NCBI GenBank assembly: GCA_043803405.1
Contig: JAZDKB010000047.1
Coordinates: forward strand, 1-64,000
From: Spirochaetota bacterium
GTDB taxonomy: Bacteria; Spirochaetota; UBA4802; JAFGDQ01
Length of the DNA: 64,000 nucleotides
Reading direction: 5' to 3'
In this document: positions 39,933 through 50,416 of the stretch, in pieces
Numbering within the stretch: position 1 is the stretch's first letter
Layout of the letters: every line of letters begins with the position of its first letter
Notes under the pieces: generated by a model
Told to the model about the DNA's origin: nothing
Database searches by the model: none
What the model saw: only the letters and a program-made list of their open reading frames with translations
Position numbers and translations under genes: made by a program

Positions 39933-40634
39933 ATGAATAAAGACATTAAAACAATGATAGACCTTCAGCGATATATGGATAATATATTACGAGGTAAAAA
40001 CGGCATTGAAAAAAATGAAAAGTCGATTTTATACTGGAAAAAAGAGCAGGAAGAAAAAAAGAAAGAAATACTAATTCTTGAAGAGAATATAAAAGAATTA
40101 AAGATTACGATTAAACAAAAGGAAATTGATCTCTCTGAAAAGGAAGAGCAGCTAAAAAAGCTGGAGAAAAGAAAAGATATTGTAAAAAATGAGAAAGAAA
40201 TGACAGCTCTGGAACACGAGTACAGCAAAGTTAAAGCCGATAAAGATATTCTGGAAAACGACACACTTGAGATGATGGATTTTATTGAACAAAAACAATC
40301 AAAATGTGATCTACTTGATTCCGACTTAAATAATTTTACAAAACAATTTACCCTTGATATCAGGAATCTTGAAGAAAAGATAGAGGATTTAAAAAAAATA
40401 ATTACTGAAAATCAGCAGAATTTTGACGGATGCACAGATCAATTGTCGCCATCTGTAAAAGCAAAGTTTTTAAAATTAATTAAATCACAAAATGGCAAAG
40501 CAATCTCTTCAATCGAAGGAGAAAATTGCAGCATTTGCAATTTCCAGGTTCCTTTTAATGTAATTCAGGATTTGTCAAAAGAAAATATGATTGTCAATTG
40601 TACAAATTGCGGCAGATTTTTATATAAAGAATAA
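39933..40634 (+). CDS. Coiled-coil protein with C4 zinc ribbon (COG1579-like)
   Basis: Long coiled coil; CSIC...CTNCGRFLY. Confidence 0.88.
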   Translation: MNKDIKTMIDLQRYMDNILRGKNGIEKNEKSILYWKKEQEEKKKEILILEENIKELKITIKQKEIDLSEKEEQLKKLEKRKDIVKNEKEMTALEHEYSKVKADKDILENDTLEMMDFIEQKQSKCDLLDSDLNNFTKQFTLDIRNLEEKIEDLKKIITENQQNFDGCTDQLSPSVKAKFLKLIKSQNGKAISSIEGENCSICNFQVPFNVIQDLSKENMIVNCTNCGRFLYKE

Positions 40635-40660
40635 TTTTTTTTGTGAGAAATGAGGAATAA

Positions 40661-41353
40661 ATGCTTTTAAGTATTGATAGGGTTTTACAGCTGTTATCCG
40701 AAGGAAAAGACGTTAAAAAGATAGCTGAAATGTCCAAAGCGGGCGAGGACGATGTATGTAAAGTAATTGAAGAAGCAAGAAAACTGTTGCATAATCAGGA
40801 AGGAGCAAAATCAAGAAAAAAAGTCATTTTTAAAAAGAAAGGATCCCAAAATTTTGACATTTTACCGTCAGCAAATAATAGTTCAGCCGGGGAAGGCGAA
40901 GAAATTGTTGCGGAAGAGATATTTGAGGGAGCAGAGCTCTCGGCAGTACCGCTCGGATCATATTTGCTGATGTATACGGACGGGGCTTCAAGCGGGAATC
41001 CCGGCCCTTCGGGTATTGGAGTAGTAATAAATGACAGGGAAGACAGAACAGTAGGAAAAGTTTCCTGTTTCATAGGAATAAATACGAATAATTTTGCGGA
41101 ATATTCGGCTATAATACGGGCGTTACAAATAGCGATTTATTTTAAAACCAAAGATTTAAAAATAAGAACTGATTCGGAATTAGTTGTAAAACAGTTAAAA
41201 GGTGTATATAAAGTAACCAGTGATAACATAAAGCCTCTTTATGAAAAAGCACAAAAACTTAAAAGAAAAATTAATAGTTGCAGAATAGAACACATTCCCA
41301 GGTCGCTTAATGATAAAGCGGATTATCTTGCAAAAAAAGCAGTTTCAGAATAA
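40661..41353 (+). CDS. rnhA: Ribonuclease HI with N-terminal extension
   Basis: YTDGASSGNPGP, TNNFAEY, TDSELVVKQ, NDKADYLA (D-E-D-D). Confidence 0.88.
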   Translation: MLLSIDRVLQLLSEGKDVKKIAEMSKAGEDDVCKVIEEARKLLHNQEGAKSRKKVIFKKKGSQNFDILPSANNSSAGEGEEIVAEEIFEGAELSAVPLGSYLLMYTDGASSGNPGPSGIGVVINDREDRTVGKVSCFIGINTNNFAEYSAIIRALQIAIYFKTKDLKIRTDSELVVKQLKGVYKVTSDNIKPLYEKAQKLKRKINSCRIEHIPRSLNDKADYLAKKAVSE

Positions 41354-41372
41354 AAAGTGAAACATAATATCT

Positions 41373-43427
41373 ATGAAGTCAAATTGGCTCACAAAAACGA
41401 TTGACGAAGAAACAATAAACGAGTTTTCGAGTGTACTTGGAATAGATAGATCATTAGCATCAATTCTGCTGGTAAGAGGAATCACAAATATTAAAGAAGC
41501 ACACCGTTTTCTGAATCCGAGATTATCCGGCCTTCATAGTCCGTATTTAATGAAAGGCATGTACGATGCGGTAATGCGTATCCGGAAGGCAATATCAGGG
41601 AATGAAAAAATAGGCATTTTCGCGGATTCCGACCTGGATGGTTTGACGTCACTGACAGTATTAACGAATCTTCTGGAAAATTTTGGAAATAAACCGCATT
41701 ATCGCTTTGCTGTGGACGATGAAGAATACGGGCTGAGAAAAGAAGTCATTGATGAAATGATTGATAACAAAATAACGCTTCTAATAACGCTGGATTGCGG
41801 CATCAGGGATATTGAAGAGATCGGCTATGCAAAAGAACTTGGAATTGATGTTATTGTATGCGATCATCATGAACAAAAAAACGAACTGCCGTCTGCAATT
41901 ATAATAAATCCGAAATTATGGGACTCTGAATATCCGTTCAAGGAACTGGCCGGTGTCGGAGTTACCTTTAAATTTTGTCACGCTATTCTGATGAGCTACC
42001 TGCAAAGCTTCAATAAATTATTTATTATTATAATTAAAGATGAAAACTCAATATGTTTATCTTTCATAAAAAACGGAATAGTCGAAAGGATTGAAAAAAT
42101 AAAAGAAGTTTCTGAACTAAAGCCGGAAAATATCGGATCCGCTGATGAATGCAATATAATTATATTCGATACTGAAGACAATGCCGAATTAAAGAGAATC
42201 TTTAAAGATTATAAAATTTTTTATTTTAACAATCTGTTAAATGTAATGCCGGGTAAAAAAGTATTGCCAAATGCAGGGCTTGACGAATTATGTAAAACAT
42301 TTTCAATAAATAGAAAAATTTTCAATAATAAATGCGACATTATTAATATAATTTTTTCGGAAATCGAATACAATAATTCCGAAAAAGTAATTAATTTTTT
42401 AAATTCAATTATTGACCTGGTTTCAGTCGGCACAGTTGCGGATATTATGCCGTTATCGGGTGAGAACAGGATCATCATTCATCATGGTTTAAAATCACTT
42501 AACTCAACCAGCCATCCGGGTTTATCCATCCTGGTAAAAAAATTGTCCAGCAAAATGACGGCAAAAAAGATAGCATGGGATATTTCTCCGCTTCTAAATA
42601 CACCCGGACGATTCGGGAAAACACATTTAATAGCTAAATTTTTTCTGGAAAAAGACAAAGAAAAATTAACACAGGTTATTAGTGAAATCAATAAGTTGAA
42701 TGAAAAAAGAAAAGCACTAATAGCTGAATTATTTAATATCTTTTATTCGGAAATATCGGAAGGTAAACATATTTCCGCGGAAAAGCTTGTTTTCATAACA
42801 TCGGAGAAAATACCTGAGGGGCTGTGCGGTTTACTGGCCAACAGGATTGCGGATATTACAAATAAGCCTGTAATTATAATATCGCTGTACGGCAATAAAG
42901 AAATGGTTAAAGGATCGGGCAGGGCAGTAGGAAATTTTAATTTTTTTTCAATAGTAGAAACACATTCCGATCTTTTTGAAAAAATCGGGGGACATAAGCA
43001 GGCTTTTGGTTTTACAGTCAGTAAGGACAATATCGAAAAATTAAGAAAAAAAGTCGTAGAATCAATTGAAAATCGCTTCATAAAAAAGACAGATTATAAT
43101 ATTGATCTTAATATACCCATTGAATCAATTAATTATAATTTTATAAACAGTCTGGATTTGTTTGAACCATATGGATATCGCAACGAAGAATGTCTTTTCC
43201 TTACCAGAAATGTTGAATTAAGCGATTTTAGAAGATTCGGGCAGAACATGAATCATGGTAAATTCTTTTTTAAAAAAAATAAATACGTTGAAGCAATCGG
43301 TTGGGACATGGCTGATACTATGGAAGAATACATGCGCAATAAAAAAGTTGATATAATATATAAACTGGAGAATAGCACATATAATGGACGTATATTCCCC
43401 CGGATGCTGGTTGTGGATTTAAGTTAG
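41373..43427 (+). CDS. recJ: Single-stranded-DNA exonuclease RecJ
   Basis: DSDLDG, TLDCGI, CDHH, LAGVGV, GTVADIMPL, GSGR, GGHKQAFG, FEPYGYRN. Confidence 0.93.
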   Translation: MKSNWLTKTIDEETINEFSSVLGIDRSLASILLVRGITNIKEAHRFLNPRLSGLHSPYLMKGMYDAVMRIRKAISGNEKIGIFADSDLDGLTSLTVLTNLLENFGNKPHYRFAVDDEEYGLRKEVIDEMIDNKITLLITLDCGIRDIEEIGYAKELGIDVIVCDHHEQKNELPSAIIINPKLWDSEYPFKELAGVGVTFKFCHAILMSYLQSFNKLFIIIIKDENSICLSFIKNGIVERIEKIKEVSELKPENIGSADECNIIIFDTEDNAELKRIFKDYKIFYFNNLLNVMPGKKVLPNAGLDELCKTFSINRKIFNNKCDIINIIFSEIEYNNSEKVINFLNSIIDLVSVGTVADIMPLSGENRIIIHHGLKSLNSTSHPGLSILVKKLSSKMTAKKIAWDISPLLNTPGRFGKTHLIAKFFLEKDKEKLTQVISEINKLNEKRKALIAELFNIFYSEISEGKHISAEKLVFITSEKIPEGLCGLLANRIADITNKPVIIISLYGNKEMVKGSGRAVGNFNFFSIVETHSDLFEKIGGHKQAFGFTVSKDNIEKLRKKVVESIENRFIKKTDYNIDLNIPIESINYNFINSLDLFEPYGYRNEECLFLTRNVELSDFRRFGQNMNHGKFFFKKNKYVEAIGWDMADTMEEYMRNKKVDIIYKLENSTYNGRIFPRMLVVDLS

Positions 43428-43574
43428 ATTATAATATTATTTTAAATAATATTTGACTTTATTTTGAAATATATAATATAATATAAAACAAGCTTAAAAT
43501 CATAAAAAATTGATAATATATATACAGAACGAATTATCATATTTAATAATGCATCAATAATCAAGGAACAATAT

Positions 43575-43874
43575 ATGGAGATTGCAATAAATAAAAATAG
43601 CGATTTGGTAACAATAGCGATTACTGGCGATATTGAAATGATGTCTATAAAGGATTTTAAAACACAGTTACTGAATATCGGACAGGATGAAGATAAAGAT
43701 ATTGATCTGGATTTATCAAAAGTTAATTATATTGATTCGTCGGGAGTTGGAGTCCTTATTAGTTTATTAAAATTACAGAAAAATAAAGGTAAAAAGTTAA
43801 AAATAGCAAAAGTAAGCCCCAAAGTATTAAATGTATTAAAATTGAGTTCTCTAGCCGATATTTTCAATTTATGA
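43575..43874 (+). CDS. STAS-domain anti-sigma factor antagonist
   Basis: LDLSKVNYIDSSGVGVL. Confidence 0.92.
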   Translation: MEIAINKNSDLVTIAITGDIEMMSIKDFKTQLLNIGQDEDKDIDLDLSKVNYIDSSGVGVLISLLKLQKNKGKKLKIAKVSPKVLNVLKLSSLADIFNL

Positions 43875-44067
43875 TGTATGTTCGTGCTTTTTTTTAAATA
43901 ATCAATTTTTACTTTATAAAAAATATTTGCCTCATTATTTTACTCATTTTATACCTCATGTTGATAAATCATTTGACGATAATTTTAAATTATATTTAAT
44001 TGAAATTGAACACATGCAGAATTATTATTCTTTATGAATAATTATTTATTAATTGGAAAATGTAATT

Positions 44068-44961
44068 ATGAGAATTGTTACCAGGCCGGATTTTGATGGT
44101 GTAGTATGCGCAGTGCTGCTTATGGACGTAATGAATATTTCCGAACCGATTAAATGGATTGAACCCTATGAAATGAGATTTGGAAACGATGATATTAGGG
44201 ATGGGGATATAATTACAAATCTTCCGTATGTTGAGAATTGTTCCCTCTGGTTTGATCATCACTATTCCAATAAAACTGATAAATCATTTAAAGGAGCTTT
44301 CGAAATAGCACCTTCTGCAGCCGGGATTATATATAATTATTACCTTAAAAACTTTTCTAAAGATTTTAGCGAGCTTGTTAAGGAAACCGATAAAATCGAT
44401 TCCGCAACTTTCACTTTAGATGAAGTTCTTTTTCCCGAAAAATATCCTTATTTAAAACTGTATTTCACATTATCCGGCAGGAATAAGGCCGATGAAACTT
44501 ACTGGAATAAAATAGTAAAACTTCTCAGCAGGTATAATATTACCGAAATAATCTCAGATCCTGAAGTGAAAAAGAGATGTAATATAATTCTTGAACAGGA
44601 TAGAGAATATAAAAATTATTTGAAACAATATACTTTCGTTAAAAAACACTTAACCATAACCGATTTCAGATCCATGTCTCAGGAGCCAAGAGGCAATCGC
44701 TTTCTGGTTTATTCTATATTTCCCAATTCCCTTGTTAACTTAAAAATCCGATATGATAACGTTAATAGAGAAAAAGTGATTATAAGCCTGGGACAAAACA
44801 TTTTTAACAGGCAAAGCAAAGTTCATCTTGGACATTTAGTTTCTCAATATGGAGGAGGCGGGCATTCGGGAGCCGGTTCCTGCCATTTTCATATAAGCGA
44901 GGCAGAAGAAAGAATAACTGAAATTATTGATATTTTGCTGCTTGATAAGGCAATAAATTAA
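44068..44961 (+). CDS. DHH-family phosphoesterase (exopolyphosphatase-like)
   Basis: MRIVTRPDFDG, WFDHH, APSAA, DKIDSA, YGGGGHSGAG. Confidence 0.85.
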   Translation: MRIVTRPDFDGVVCAVLLMDVMNISEPIKWIEPYEMRFGNDDIRDGDIITNLPYVENCSLWFDHHYSNKTDKSFKGAFEIAPSAAGIIYNYYLKNFSKDFSELVKETDKIDSATFTLDEVLFPEKYPYLKLYFTLSGRNKADETYWNKIVKLLSRYNITEIISDPEVKKRCNIILEQDREYKNYLKQYTFVKKHLTITDFRSMSQEPRGNRFLVYSIFPNSLVNLKIRYDNVNREKVIISLGQNIFNRQSKVHLGHLVSQYGGGGHSGAGSCHFHISEAEERITEIIDILLLDKAIN

Positions 44962-45101
44962 ATAATTATAAATTTAACCTCTTATATTTAGGCTTTCCTG
45001 ATAGTTTTTAAATTAAATATTTGTTGACATTAATGGAGAAAATACAAAAAAAATTTGTTATGCTTTTATAACAAAACTATTGTTAGAGCGGGAGCCTTTA
45101 C

Positions 45102-46541
45102 TTGTATAAGAGTAAGCAAAAACTGATTACTTTAATTCATACTATCCTGGATGTCAGTCTTGTAATTTCAGCTTTTGTAGCCGCATATTTTTTAAAAAAT
45201 TTTGTTCTTCCTTCTCCATATATTGGTCTGGATATAACTCCTAATTATTACCTGGTTCTTCTCATATCTCTTATCGCGATGTATCTTTCTTTTAACTTCT
45301 ATAATCTTTATGCTCCTTTACCTGGGAAAAAATTTTCGGAAATATGCCTTGATATGATCAAAGCAGTAAGTACAGGAATGTTCATACTTATTTCCATGCT
45401 TTATATTTTTAAAATAGGAGCCGTCAGCCGTATGTTGCTCGGTATATTTTATATTAATTTAATTTGTTTACTGACTTTAAGTAAGGGATTAATATTTTAC
45501 ATTACCCGTGCGTATGAGAATAATATACATAATATAAAAAATATTTTAATAATCGGCAGTCATCAAAGGGCGGGACAGGTAATTGACCTTATTATTTCAT
45601 CGAGATCGAATATTAAAATTATCGGCTGTCTTGAGGTAGATCCGGCAAAAGTTGGGCAGGAGGTGAAAAACGGCATTAGAGTGCTGGGCACAATGGAAAA
45701 TTTAAAAAATATCGTGCTAACCGGGGTGGTAGACGAAGTTATTTTTGCAATGGCGCTGGCTAAAATCGATAATGTTGACAAGTATATGCTCCTGATCGAA
45801 GAAATCGGTATACATGTTCGCATTATTCCTGACTGGCATATACATTCGCTGTTATATAAACCCAGATTTTCCAAGATTTTATTTGATGACTTTTACGGAA
45901 TGCCTACCATGATAGTGTCCCCTACGACTTCAATGCACAGGGAATTATTCATTAAACACATGATTGATCATGGCAGCGCAATACTTTCGTTAATTCTTTT
46001 ACTTCCTGTTTTTATACTGATCGGAACGGCCATTAAAGTTTTTTCATGGGGGCCTGTATTTTTTAAACAGGAACGTCTAGGTCTGAACGGTAGAAAATTT
46101 TATCTGTATAAATTCAGAACAATGGTGCCTAATGCCGAAAAACTTATAGATAAATACAAGCATCTGAATGAAGCGGACGGGCCTGCATTTAAAATACAAA
46201 ATGATCCGAGAATTATTCCGATAATCGGAAAAATATTAAGAAAAACCAGCCTTGATGAATTGCCGCAATTAATCAATATTATGAGAGGCGAAATGAGTCT
46301 TGTAGGGCCAAGGCCTCCAATACCATCCGAGGTTGAACAATACGATGTTTGGCAAAGAAGACGTCTTTCAATGAAACCGGGGTTAACCTGTATATGGCAG
46401 ATCGCTCCAAAAAGAAATGATATTGACTTTAATCAATGGATGGAAATGGATCTTGATTATATAGATAACTGGTCATTGAAACTCGACATTAAAATTTTCT
46501 TTACAACTTTTAAAGTTGTTCTTGCCGGACATGGCAGATAA
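45102..46541 (+). CDS. Polyprenyl-phosphate priming sugar transferase (WcaJ/WbaP-like)
   Basis: N-terminal TMs; KFRTM, DPRI, LRKTSLDELPQLINIMRGEMSLVGPRP, KPGLT, DLDYI. Confidence 0.92.
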   Translation: MYKSKQKLITLIHTILDVSLVISAFVAAYFLKNFVLPSPYIGLDITPNYYLVLLISLIAMYLSFNFYNLYAPLPGKKFSEICLDMIKAVSTGMFILISMLYIFKIGAVSRMLLGIFYINLICLLTLSKGLIFYITRAYENNIHNIKNILIIGSHQRAGQVIDLIISSRSNIKIIGCLEVDPAKVGQEVKNGIRVLGTMENLKNIVLTGVVDEVIFAMALAKIDNVDKYMLLIEEIGIHVRIIPDWHIHSLLYKPRFSKILFDDFYGMPTMIVSPTTSMHRELFIKHMIDHGSAILSLILLLPVFILIGTAIKVFSWGPVFFKQERLGLNGRKFYLYKFRTMVPNAEKLIDKYKHLNEADGPAFKIQNDPRIIPIIGKILRKTSLDELPQLINIMRGEMSLVGPRPPIPSEVEQYDVWQRRRLSMKPGLTCIWQIAPKRNDIDFNQWMEMDLDYIDNWSLKLDIKIFFTTFKVVLAGHGR

Positions 46542-46690
46542 TAAAAAGGCTAATTTTGTAAGTATTCCAATCTATCGAATATAAAACTTAATTTTGAGAT
46601 GACTTGTAATATTAATAATATTATAGCAGAAAAATCATTGAAATATTTTATAGAATAATGCAGTTTAGATCGCAGGGTATTACATGATTT

Positions 46691-46763
46691 GCGCCTGTAG
46701 CTCAGTGGATAGAGCAATGGCCTCCGAAGCCGTGTGTCGCACGTTCAAATCGTGTCAGGCGCA
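46691..46763 (+). tRNA. tRNA-Arg(CCG)
   Basis: GCGCCTG acceptor/CAGGCGC; anticodon arm ATGGC-CTCCGAA-GCCGT; GTTCAAATC T-loop; CCA not encoded. Confidence 0.93.
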
Positions 46764-46791
46764 AATATAATTAACATAAGGAAGACTATTT

Positions 46792-47268
46792 ATGGCTTTT
46801 AATTTTAATGCAGAAGAAATTTTTAGAATTGCCGAGCAGATAGAGAAAAACGGTGCCGACTTCTACAAAAAAGCTTCGGAGAAAATTTCCGACTCGCATT
46901 TTAAAAAATTACTGGCTGATCTTTCCTCGATGGAAACTGAGCATTTGAAAATATTTACAACGATGCATTCTTTGCTTACTGAGAAAGAAAAAGAACCTAC
47001 CGTGTTTGACCCGATGGATGAATCACTATTATATCTAAAGTCACTTGCGGACATGGAAGTTTTTTATAAAAAAGAACTCGATTTTTCATCAATGAAAACA
47101 ATTTTAATGACTGCGATAGATATGGAAAAGGATTCAATTGTTTTCTATGCCGGTATGAAAGATCTGGTTCCGGAACAACTGGGAAAAGATAAGCTCGATA
47201 ATATTATCGGCGAAGAAAAGAAGCACGTCAGGTTGCTTGCCGACCAATTAAAAAATTTCAAAAAATAA
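46792..47268 (+). CDS. Rubrerythrin/ferritin-like protein
   Basis: E...FY...ETEH and EKDSIVFY...EEKKH diiron pattern. Confidence 0.88.
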   Translation: MAFNFNAEEIFRIAEQIEKNGADFYKKASEKISDSHFKKLLADLSSMETEHLKIFTTMHSLLTEKEKEPTVFDPMDESLLYLKSLADMEVFYKKELDFSSMKTILMTAIDMEKDSIVFYAGMKDLVPEQLGKDKLDNIIGEEKKHVRLLADQLKNFKK

Positions 47269-47281
47269 TTGTTCGAAAATA

Positions 47282-50200
47282 TTATTTCTTTGATTTTTCT
47301 CCGAGCGAGACAAGAGCCTCGTGCAGATCTTTTTCGTGTTTTCTGCTTTCAAAGCGGCTCAGCAGGCTATAAGCGCATGGAACAACAAAAAGCGTAAGCA
47401 CTGTTGAAAAAATGACACCGCCAATAACAACAATTGCCATAGGTCTCGTTGTTTCTGCACCGGGTCCTATTGCAAATGCCGGCGGCACTGCGGCCGCTAT
47501 TGTAGCAATCGATGTCATTATAATAGGACGCAGCCTGACCGGGCAGGCATCGAGCAGCGCTTCTTGTACATCCATCCCGGAGTTACGGCGTTTATTAGTA
47601 AAATCCACAAGCAGTATCGAATTCTTTTTAACGATACCCATTAGTAAAAGCAATCCGATCATGCTGTATATATTAAGAGAATTGTCTGTTATCCATAAGG
47701 CAAAAAAAGCTCCTGTAATACTGAATGGCAGGGCAAGCAGTATGGTTACAGGATGCAGGAAACTGTTAAACTGTGAACCAAGCAGCATATAAGCAACAGC
47801 AATTCCGAGTATTAAAGCAATGATAAGGCTTTGATAAGATTCCTGAAAGGTCTGCGAACTTCCGGAAAAAACTATATGATAATTCTGAGGAAGTATTTTT
47901 GATGCGGTATCCTGTATGAAATTCATTACATCCGATTGCGATTTTTTTGGAGCTATGTTGGCGAATATATTTATAGCTCTTTCCCTGTTGTAGCGCGTTA
48001 TAGTCAGAAGTGTCGGGCTCTCTTTCATTGAGACAACTTCGGACAGATTCACCATTTCGCCTGCAATGTTTCGGACTTTTATACGGCGAATATCCTGCGG
48101 ATCACGGTTGTATTTATCAAGCAGCTTGACGCGGATATCGTCCCTCCGCCCGGATTCATCAGTATATTTGCCGATAGCAAGACTTCCCACCATTGCGCTG
48201 ACCGTGTTTGCTATATTTGTTACACTGATTCCCCTGTCCCTGGTTTTATTTCTATCCGGAATTATTTGCAGTTCAGGCTTGCCTGATAAATAATCCGTAT
48301 CCACATCCGTTACCAGGCCGGACGCGTTCATGGAATCCATTATTTGTTTGCTGTACAATGCAAGTTTTTCCCAGTTTGGTCCCTGCACAGAGAACTGAAC
48401 AGGGAATCCGCGTTTTGCACTAAATCCGGAAAGAGACAAGTCCAGCATTGCAGCTTTATAAACCCCTGGAATTTTTTTTATTTCATTACGGATAAATCCC
48501 ATGAATTCCTGCTGGCTGGGTCTGGATTTGAAAGGCGGAGCCACAGGACGTTCCGATGGTTGTTTCATGTTGATATTTAAAGTGCCCTGATTTACCAGCC
48601 CGCCTCCGTAGCCGCCGACTATTGCAAAATAAGATGCGACCTCAGGCCTTGAAGCAATAATCGCTTCCGCTTTCTTAATAACCTCATCGGTCTTTTTCAT
48701 CGATGAATCAATTGTTGTCTGAATTGTTGCAATAAAACGGCTTTGATCCTGAGGGGGTACAAACTCTTTACGGATGAAAGACACGAAAAAAATAGATATT
48801 GCAAAAATCAGGGCAGATAGCCCTAATACTTTCCATCGATTATTAAGGCATACAGCAAGCAGTTTTTTATAGCGGACGGATACATATTCCATAATAATAT
48901 CCATCCTGTTCCCAAGCCTGGTTTTTTTCTTTTTGGTCATAAACTGCGAGAGACGCATCGGAGCTAGTGTTAATGCTTCAAGAAGCGAAAGCATTACTGC
49001 AACAGACATTGTAATCCCGAACTGAAAAAAGAATTTACCTATTATGCCTTTCATGAAAACGACAGGGATGAAAATAGCGAGTATGGCAAGGGAAGCAGCG
49101 ATAGCAGGGGTTGTAATTTCCCTGGCGCCGATAATCGAAGCCTTTACGCGGCTTACTCCGCTTTCAAAATGCCTTATGATATTTTCCATTACCATTATGG
49201 CATCGTCTACAACAATCCCAATCGACAGTGAAAGACCCAGAAGAGTAAATGTATTAAGGGTAAATCCGAAATAATATAGAACAATAAATGAGCCTACCAG
49301 AGATACCGGGATAGCAAGAATAACATTAAGCGCTGAACTCCATGATCCGAGAAAAAGCCAGCATACAAGCGAAGTAAGTATTACAGATAAAACAAGAGTG
49401 AAAAGCAGATCAAGTGTTGAATCTTCGATAAATCTTGTGCTGTCCCAGATGATATCTGTTTTAATGTAATCTGGTAAAATATTTTTAAGGTTTTTTATTC
49501 TTTCTTTGACGGCATGTCCAACAGCTACGGCATTCGATCCGCGCTGTTTTATTATGCCGAGCCCGACAGCCTGCTTTCCGTTAATGCGCGAGATGCGCCT
49601 GATATCTGCAAGGCCTTCTTCGATTTTTGCTATATCTCCAAGCTTTAACGGAGTCCAGATCGGCTCTCCTTTCCGGTTGGAGATTATTATATTCTCAAAA
49701 TCTTTTTTTGTCTGGGCTTCGCTCATCACCCGGACATTAAGCTCTTTAGGCTCTTTATCGATAAATCCGGAAGGAGTGAGTATATGCTGGCTGTTAACTG
49801 CCGCTATTACATCGTCGACGGTTATTTCATTGCGGGACATGGCATCCAGGTTAAGCCATATTCTCATGTTGGGATTAACGTACCCGCCCATAATTACATC
49901 CCCGACTCCTTCAATAGTTGTCATGTTGTCTTTCAGACGATCCCTTACCAGGATTATCATTTCTCTCAGACTGGATGAACCGCTAATAGCAGTAAACATG
50001 ATCGGCTGATCTTCCGGATTGGATTTTGTAACAATGGGCGTGTCAATATCGTTCGGAAGATTCCTCTGAGACTGAAGGATTTTACTTTGAACTTCCTGTA
50101 GCGCTGTATCTATGTTGCGGTTAAGTGCAAATTCAATTGTAATAGTAGTAAGCCCTTCCTGAGAGATGGAACTGATATTGTTGATCCCTTCAACGCTCAT

Positions 50201-50413
50201 TATTGAATCTTCCAGAACGTCCGCGACTGCGGTTTCCAGGGTCTGCGGAGAAGCACCAGTCCACGTTACCCTGATTGTAAGCACCGGAAAATCCACGTCT
50301 GGAAGCTGGCTTATGCCCATTCGTGATAAACTGATCGCACCGAAAAGGATAAGCCCGAACATAAGCATCCATGCGAAAACAGGATTTTTAATTGAGATGT
50401 CGGATAATGTCAT
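47282..50413 (-). CDS. RND efflux permease (AcrB/MdtC-like)
   Basis: 1043 aa; LPDVDFP, GIVVDDAIMVMENI, GIVKKNSILLVDF, RLRPIIMTS. Confidence 0.95.
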   Translation of the reverse strand: MTLSDISIKNPVFAWMLMFGLILFGAISLSRMGISQLPDVDFPVLTIRVTWTGASPQTLETAVADVLEDSIMSVEGINNISSISQEGLTTITIEFALNRNIDTALQEVQSKILQSQRNLPNDIDTPIVTKSNPEDQPIMFTAISGSSSLREMIILVRDRLKDNMTTIEGVGDVIMGGYVNPNMRIWLNLDAMSRNEITVDDVIAAVNSQHILTPSGFIDKEPKELNVRVMSEAQTKKDFENIIISNRKGEPIWTPLKLGDIAKIEEGLADIRRISRINGKQAVGLGIIKQRGSNAVAVGHAVKERIKNLKNILPDYIKTDIIWDSTRFIEDSTLDLLFTLVLSVILTSLVCWLFLGSWSSALNVILAIPVSLVGSFIVLYYFGFTLNTFTLLGLSLSIGIVVDDAIMVMENIIRHFESGVSRVKASIIGAREITTPAIAASLAILAIFIPVVFMKGIIGKFFFQFGITMSVAVMLSLLEALTLAPMRLSQFMTKKKKTRLGNRMDIIMEYVSVRYKKLLAVCLNNRWKVLGLSALIFAISIFFVSFIRKEFVPPQDQSRFIATIQTTIDSSMKKTDEVIKKAEAIIASRPEVASYFAIVGGYGGGLVNQGTLNINMKQPSERPVAPPFKSRPSQQEFMGFIRNEIKKIPGVYKAAMLDLSLSGFSAKRGFPVQFSVQGPNWEKLALYSKQIMDSMNASGLVTDVDTDYLSGKPELQIIPDRNKTRDRGISVTNIANTVSAMVGSLAIGKYTDESGRRDDIRVKLLDKYNRDPQDIRRIKVRNIAGEMVNLSEVVSMKESPTLLTITRYNRERAINIFANIAPKKSQSDVMNFIQDTASKILPQNYHIVFSGSSQTFQESYQSLIIALILGIAVAYMLLGSQFNSFLHPVTILLALPFSITGAFFALWITDNSLNIYSMIGLLLLMGIVKKNSILLVDFTNKRRNSGMDVQEALLDACPVRLRPIIMTSIATIAAAVPPAFAIGPGAETTRPMAIVVIGGVIFSTVLTLFVVPCAYSLLSRFESRKHEKDLHEALVSLGEKSKK

Positions 50414-50416
50414 GTG

